DNA of 64,000 nucleotides from assembly GCA_963719225.1 (NCBI GenBank), contig CAVRAY010000001.1, forward strand, positions 3,040,001 to 3,104,000. Direction: 5' to 3'. The notes beneath the pieces are model-generated. The model ran no database searches and was not told where the DNA came from. It worked only from the letters and a program-made list of their open reading frames with translations. The first letter of the stretch is position 1. The number at the start of each line of letters is the position of its first letter. The translations under genes were made by a program, and so were the position numbers. This stretch comes from Thermoanaerobaculia bacterium (GTDB lineage: Bacteria; Acidobacteriota; Thermoanaerobaculia; UBA5066). Shown here piece by piece: positions 59,111 through 64,000 of this stretch.

Positions 59111-59920
59111 ATGGAAGATTCGGATGCCGCCGGGGCTCTCGTCGCGCTCATGGAAAGGCTCCGAAACGAGTGTCCGTGGGACCGGAAACAGACTCCCCGC
59201 GACCTCGCCGGCTATCTTCTCGAGGAGTGCTACGAAGTCCTCGAGGCTCTTGCCCGCGAGGACTGGCGCGAGCTGGAAGGCGAGCTGGGCGATCTCCTCT
59301 TCCAGATCGTCTTTCTCGCCAAGCTCGGCGAGGAGCGCGGCGCTTTCGACTTCTCGAGCGTCGCCCGTCGCATCCACGACAAGATGGTCGCCCGCCACCC
59401 GCACGTCTTCGGCGAGGCGGCGGTGCGGGACGCCGAAGGTGTCCGCGTGCAATGGGAGGAGCTCAAGCGCAGGGAGCGCGAGAAGGAAGGCCGCCCGCCC
59501 TCTCCGTTCGACGGAGTCCCGCGCGCCCTTCCCGCGCTCCTGAAGGCGGTACGCCTGACGTCGCGCGCCGCCGATCTCGGTTTCGACTGGGAGCGCGACG
59601 CGGACGTCCTCGTCAAGCTCGACGAGGAGGTCGCGGAGTTCAAGGCGGAGCTGCTGGCGCCCGGCGGAAAACGAAAAGAGCGCGTGGCGGCCGAGATCGG
59701 CGACCTCCTCTTCACCGTCGTGAACGTCGCCCGGCGCCACGGCGTCGATCCCGAAGCCGCGCTCCAGGGCACGAACGACAAGTTCCGGCGCCGCTTCGAG
59801 GAAGTGGCGCGGCGGGCGAAGGCGGTCGGGAAAGAGGTCAAGACGACTCCCCTCGCGGACCTCGACGCGCTGTGGAATGCGGTCAAGATCGAGGAAAGAG
59901 AGAAAGAGAAAGATTCTTAG
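59111..59920 (+). CDS. mazG: Nucleoside triphosphate pyrophosphohydrolase
   Basis: CPWDRKQT, EECYEV, ELGDLLFQ, RHPHVF, EIGDLLF, KFRRRF. Confidence 0.93.
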   Translation: MEDSDAAGALVALMERLRNECPWDRKQTPRDLAGYLLEECYEVLEALAREDWRELEGELGDLLFQIVFLAKLGEERGAFDFSSVARRIHDKMVARHPHVFGEAAVRDAEGVRVQWEELKRREREKEGRPPSPFDGVPRALPALLKAVRLTSRAADLGFDWERDADVLVKLDEEVAEFKAELLAPGGKRKERVAAEIGDLLFTVVNVARRHGVDPEAALQGTNDKFRRRFEEVARRAKAVGKEVKTTPLADLDALWNAVKIEEREKEKDS

Positions 59921-59980
59921 AAAGGAAGAGGGACAACGCGCCGCAGGGCGTCCTGCCCTATTCACCTTCTAAGAAAAAAC
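59891..59980. repeat. Convergent motif pair at the 3' end of mazG
   Basis: Forward core 59914-59922 includes the mazG TAG stop; reverse core 59967-59975. Confidence 0.8.
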
Positions 59981-60008
59981 AACCGCGCCTTGGCTCCGTC
60001 GAAGCAGG

Positions 60009-60929
60009 CTACGGGACCAGCTCGGACACCCGCACGGCTCTCGGTCCTTCTTTCTTTCCGAGCAATCCGAGCTTTTCCGAAAGGAACGCGAGAGTTTCCT
60101 TCCGCGGGTGGCCGATCACGATGGCCTGGCCCTTCTTCGCGGCGAGCGCGAGCGCTTTTTCCCACGCCGCGTCGAGCGCCTCCGGGGCGCCGTGTTTCGC
60201 GGCCGTCTCGGCCGCGACGTCGTCGAGAAAGACGTCCCGCGCCAGGAACGGGACGCGCATCGCGGCCGCCTCGGAGCCCGCGACGGAGGCGTTCGTCGTC
60301 CGCGAGTCCAGGTAGAAGAGTCCCTTCTCCTTGACGACGCCGAGGACGTCGCGCATGACGCGCGCGTCGGCCGTGGCCTTCGAGCCTTGATGGTTGTTGA
60401 TGCCGATCGCTCCGGGCGTCTTCGTGAGAGCCGCGAGGACCCGGGCGCGAATCGCGTCGCCATCGTCCTTCGCGCCGATCGCCTCGGCCTCGGAGGGGCC
60501 CGACTCCGGCTCCATCGGAAGATGCACGAGGAGGTCCCAGCCTTTCTCGCGCGCCAGCGAGACCGCGCGGGAAGCGAAAGGAGCGCTCGGGATCACGGCG
60601 ATCGCGAAGGGCACGTCCCAGTGCGCGAGGATTTCGAGCGCGCGCTCGTCATAGCCGACGTCGTCGACGACGAGGGCGACGACTCCTCCCATCCGGCGGT
60701 CGGCGGGCTCGAAATCGGACGGGATCACCCGCGCCGGCCGCGCCGCGGCGGGAGGGGTCGCGCGCGGCGTCGCTTTCGACGGTGCGGGATGGGAAGGCGT
60801 CGAGGGCGCCTCCGGGGCGCGCGCACAGCCGCGAACGAAGAGCGTGGCCGTGACGCCGAGCGCCACGCCGAAGAAGACGAGAAGGACGCCCCGAAAGCGC
60901 CCGCGCGTCCGCGTCTTCGGGCGCGTCAC
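60009..60929 (-). CDS. Divergent polysaccharide deacetylase (YibQ family)
   Basis: VVDDVG, HLPMEP, GINNHQGS, YLDSRT, RDVFLD, IGHP. Confidence 0.88.
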   Translation of the reverse strand: MTRPKTRTRGRFRGVLLVFFGVALGVTATLFVRGCARAPEAPSTPSHPAPSKATPRATPPAAARPARVIPSDFEPADRRMGGVVALVVDDVGYDERALEILAHWDVPFAIAVIPSAPFASRAVSLAREKGWDLLVHLPMEPESGPSEAEAIGAKDDGDAIRARVLAALTKTPGAIGINNHQGSKATADARVMRDVLGVVKEKGLFYLDSRTTNASVAGSEAAAMRVPFLARDVFLDDVAAETAAKHGAPEALDAAWEKALALAAKKGQAIVIGHPRKETLAFLSEKLGLLGKKEGPRAVRVSELVP

Positions 60930-62242
60930 GCCGCCGCTTTGACCCGGGGCGTGGACTCCGAGAGGACCTTGAGGCCCCGCTGGAGGATCGGATCGAGGCG
61001 CCCCCCCGAGTCGTCCGGACCGTGGTAAACACGGTCGTCGGGCTGGAGGCCCTTCGGGCACAGCGCCTTTCCGGCCACCGTCCGGATCTTTCCGACCGAG
61101 AGCTTCAACGATCCGCCGCTCGCGAGCTTCACGACCTGTGCCGTGAATCCCATTCCCACGGTCGGCTCGCCCACGAGGCGCACGGCCAGCTTCTGCTTGT
61201 CGGCGTCTTTCGTGGCCTCGGCACCCGGATCGAACGCCTCGAGCGCGTCCGATTCGTCGGCGTTCGCCTTCTTCTTGTCCGCCGTCGCGAGCTTCGCGCC
61301 CTCTTTCCGCGTCCCCGCGTCCCGGACGGCGGCCGCGAAGAGCTCGGCCGGTCCCGCGGTCCCGCTGTCCACGAGGACGACGAGGCGGCTCTCGTGCACG
61401 CGCTCGCCAGGCTCGGAGCTGAACGTCTTGGTCTCGATCCGGCGTCCCGAGAGCTCGCCGAGAGGGCCGGCGGGCACGAAGAGAGCCGCCGCACGGGCAG
61501 CCTCGTCGAACGAGCCGGTCGCGCTGCTGCGCAGGTCGAGGACGAGCGGCCGCGTGCGGTCGAGCGGCTTCAGGATCTCCTTCAGAGCGGCCGTCGTGCC
61601 GGGCACGAAGGAAGGAATCCGGAGCACGGTTTCGCCGTCGATGCGCTCGGCCGACGGAGCCGAAGGCGTCCAGCTCGCGCGCACGATGTCGAGCGTGCGA
61701 TGGCGCGGTTTTCCTTCACGGACGACCGCGAGATGAACGCGGCTCCCCGCCTTCCCCGAGAGCCTGGACTCGAGCTCCCACAGGGCCATGCTCCGCGTGA
61801 GCGCGCCGTCGATCTTCTCGATGACGTCGTCACTCCTGACTCCGGCGGCGGCTGCGGGGCTGCCGGCGACGGCAGCCACGACGACCGGAAAGCCGAAACG
61901 CCGCGCGAGGACGATCCCCGTGTCGAGGATTTCCCTCCTGTCCTTCGCGGCCTCGAACGCCGAGAACGCGGCCATCTTGTCCGGCGGGACGTACTCGGAG
62001 AACGGGTCCATCGCTTCCGTCATGCCGGAGAACGAACCCTGAAGGAGGGGTTTCAGCTCGGTGGGCTCGACGTAGTTCGATCGAACGAGTCCGAGGACCT
62101 CGGTGAAGAGGCCGAGAGGACGGTAAAGGGCTTCCTTCCCTTCCTTGTCCTTCTCGTCCGCGCCCATGCCGGGCAGGACGATGAAAAGGGCCAGGAGGAG
62201 GGCGGCGGAGGCGGCGACGGAGAGGGCGCGCGTCTTGCTCAC
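60926..62242 (-). CDS. S41/CtpA-like PDZ protease homologue with degenerate catalytic residues
   Basis: MDPFSEY, PDZ (GSPAAAAGV), VLDLR, GLQPD; TAGPAE and TVGMG where SASASE and TFGKG are expected. Confidence 0.8.
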   Translation of the reverse strand: MSKTRALSVAASAALLLALFIVLPGMGADEKDKEGKEALYRPLGLFTEVLGLVRSNYVEPTELKPLLQGSFSGMTEAMDPFSEYVPPDKMAAFSAFEAAKDRREILDTGIVLARRFGFPVVVAAVAGSPAAAAGVRSDDVIEKIDGALTRSMALWELESRLSGKAGSRVHLAVVREGKPRHRTLDIVRASWTPSAPSAERIDGETVLRIPSFVPGTTAALKEILKPLDRTRPLVLDLRSSATGSFDEAARAAALFVPAGPLGELSGRRIETKTFSSEPGERVHESRLVVLVDSGTAGPAELFAAAVRDAGTRKEGAKLATADKKKANADESDALEAFDPGAEATKDADKQKLAVRLVGEPTVGMGFTAQVVKLASGGSLKLSVGKIRTVAGKALCPKGLQPDDRVYHGPDDSGGRLDPILQRGLKVLSESTPRVKAAA

Positions 62243-62262
62243 CGGGGAATGATACGCGGGCC

Positions 62263-63474
62263 CTAACGGAGCCACAAAGCCGGATCCACCGACGCCCGTG
62301 CGTCGCGAATCTCGAAGTACAGGCCCGAGACCTCGTCGTCGGGCGACTCGCCGAGGACTCCCACCGAATCCCCGATCGCGGTGTGCGCGCCTCGCGCGAT
62401 CGTCCCCGTCGAGAGCCTCCCGTAGAGAGTGAAGACGCCGTCGCCGTGGTCCACGACGACGAGGTTCCCGTAGCCCTTCAGCCACTGGGCGTAGACGACC
62501 TCGCCGGTGAAGATCGCGTGGACCGGCGTCCCGGACGGCGCGTCCAGAGTCCAGCCCGACGAGCGCAGGAACGTTTTCGGGAATTTCGGGTTCGCGATCC
62601 GGCCGAAGGGCACCGCGACCCTGCCTTTCAACGGCCAGTCGAGAGCCCCGCGGTACTTCCGGATCGACGCCGCGCCCGGCGCGAGGGCCCGACCTTTCCC
62701 CTCGAGGAGCTCGAGCAGAGCCGCGAGCCGCTCCGACTTGTCCTCGAGCTTCGTCACCTGGACCTTCGCCGCCTCCGAGGTCTCCTCGAGCTGCGCGAGC
62801 AGAGTCGACCGTCGCGCGCGCGCCGCCAGCAGAGCGGCCTCCTTCTTCCGGCTCTCGGCCGCCAACGCCGCGAGCTCCTTCCGTCGACTCGCGAGGTCCT
62901 CCTCGCGCTCTCCGAGCGTCGTCACCGCCGTCTCGTAGTGTTCGAGGAGCGCGGCATCGCGGCGCGCGAGATGCGTGAGGATGCGCAGTCCCGAGAGAAA
63001 CGACTGGCCCGAGTCCGCGGCCGCGAGCGGCCGGAGGTATCCGAGCCGTCCCATCCGGTAGAGAGCAGCGAGGCGGGCTCCGAGGCCTTCGCGCAGGCCT
63101 CCCACCTCCTTCTGCGCTGCATCCCGCTCCTCGGTGGCGCGGGCCGCCTCCCGCTCCGTGTCGGCCTTCTTCAATTCGAGGACCCTTCGCTCCGCCGTCT
63201 GGAGCTGAAGGTCGAGCTCGGCCGTCTCCATTTGCGCCTTGAGATCCGCCGCGCGGCGCGTGGACACGTCGAGCCGCGCCCTCAGGCCCGAGATGCGGCG
63301 GCGCAACTCCTGGAGCTCCGCCTTCCGTTCCGCGACGCCGAGGGAGGCCGCGGGCCGCTCCACCGGCGGGGGCGTCGCGTCCGGTGCCGGCGTCGGAACG
63401 GGGGAAGGCGCCTCCTCGGCGCCCGCCGGGGCGGCGAACAAGAGCAGCGCGACGAGAGCGGCGAGGCGCCTCAG
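62263..63474 (-). CDS. envC: EnvC-like murein hydrolase activator (coiled coil plus degenerate M23 domain)
   Basis: Signal peptide, coiled coil, WPLKG, GYGNLVVVDHG, LYFEIR; probable CTG start overlapping the upstream stop. Confidence 0.8.
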   Translation of the reverse strand: MRRLAALVALLLFAAPAGAEEAPSPVPTPAPDATPPPVERPAASLGVAERKAELQELRRRISGLRARLDVSTRRAADLKAQMETAELDLQLQTAERRVLELKKADTEREAARATEERDAAQKEVGGLREGLGARLAALYRMGRLGYLRPLAAADSGQSFLSGLRILTHLARRDAALLEHYETAVTTLGEREEDLASRRKELAALAAESRKKEAALLAARARRSTLLAQLEETSEAAKVQVTKLEDKSERLAALLELLEGKGRALAPGAASIRKYRGALDWPLKGRVAVPFGRIANPKFPKTFLRSSGWTLDAPSGTPVHAIFTGEVVYAQWLKGYGNLVVVDHGDGVFTLYGRLSTGTIARGAHTAIGDSVGVLGESPDDEVSGLYFEIRDARASVDPALWLR

Positions 63475-63998
63475 AAGAGCGGCACCCCGTCGAGCTTCTC
63501 GGGCGGCGTGACCTCGAGCACGTGGTAGATCGTGGCCGGAACGTCCGCGATCCACGGCTGCTTGTCCTTCGGAAGCGGGCGATTTGCGAAAAGGATTCCC
63601 GGGACGACCGCGGGATCGAGCGAGCAGTGGTCGCCGGACCAGATCTGGTTGTTGTCCTCGAAAATCTCCTTCGACACGACGCCGAGGCTGCCCTGCCAGC
63701 CGATGCGGGTTCCCGCCGTGTTCGTGACGAAGAGATCCGGGATGACGTCGGCGTCGAACGAGCCGTAGGCCTCCTCGCGCGTGAAAATGCGCGACACGGC
63801 GCGTTGCCCGGTCTTCGGATCCACGAGCGTCACGAGCCTCTTCTTGATCTCGTCGCGCACGGTCTCGTACTCGGCGCCCGGCGAGACGCACCCCTGCCCC
63901 TCGCGCCCTTTGAGGTTGATGTAGATGTCGCCGAGGCCCATCGCGTAAGCCTTCGTCTTCGTCCAGTCGATGTTCGGCCAGAACTCGCCCTGACCGAA
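63471..63998 (-). CDS. Alkaline phosphatase superfamily / nucleotide pyrophosphatase (5' partial)
   Basis: IYINLKGRE, WSGDH, DVPATI, LDG; frame open to the window edge. Confidence 0.75.
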   Translation of the reverse strand, partial: FGQGEFWPNIDWTKTKAYAMGLGDIYINLKGREGQGCVSPGAEYETVRDEIKKRLVTLVDPKTGQRAVSRIFTREEAYGSFDADVIPDLFVTNTAGTRIGWQGSLGVVSKEIFEDNNQIWSGDHCSLDPAVVPGILFANRPLPKDKQPWIADVPATIYHVLEVTPPEKLDGVPLF

Positions 63999-64000
63999 GA

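Noticed and set aside
1250-59980. TTCTTAGAA inverted pairs as MITE or IS terminal inverted repeats
   Set aside because: Sequences between partners are unrelated to each other and encode conserved host protein; no target-site duplications or transposase seen.

Overview
A 64-kb, roughly 70% GC bacterial chromosomal segment. Gene content (DUF4388, DUF1844, ASPIC/FG-GAP, IPTL-CTERM-like tail, sigma+TPR pair) suggests Acidobacteriota, probably Thermoanaerobaculia-like; this is an inference. It is mostly housekeeping and envelope genes: pcnB, typA, mutL, proBA, sua5/tsaC, ppdK, dnaK-hspR, mazG, envC-ctpA-yibQ, a MacAB-type exporter, two type II toxin-antitoxin loci, an ECF sigma/anti-sigma operon and flotillin-NfeD. 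I found no rRNA, tRNA, CRISPR array or complete mobile element. Main observations: (1) an unannotated 51-aa ORF (36745-36900) with a strong RBS, a hydrophobic leader and three identical ISSTPIG heptapeptides whose DNA differs only at synonymous sites. It lies right after a truncated ECF-like sigma gene and a TPR gene, suggesting a peptide-signalling (RRNPP-like) or multi-core RiPP system in a diderm. (2) A dispersed AT-rich motif, purine tract + TTCTTAGAA + GGTGAA, recurring every few kb as convergent inverted pairs about 50-190 bp apart and overprinting coding sequence. (3) Widespread apparently leaderless genes with a TANNNT hexamer 5-8 nt before the start codon. (4) A CtpA homologue lacking both catalytic residues. 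(5) A dnaK broken by many frameshifts, probably a sequencing artefact. All product calls come from motif recognition by eye, without database searches.
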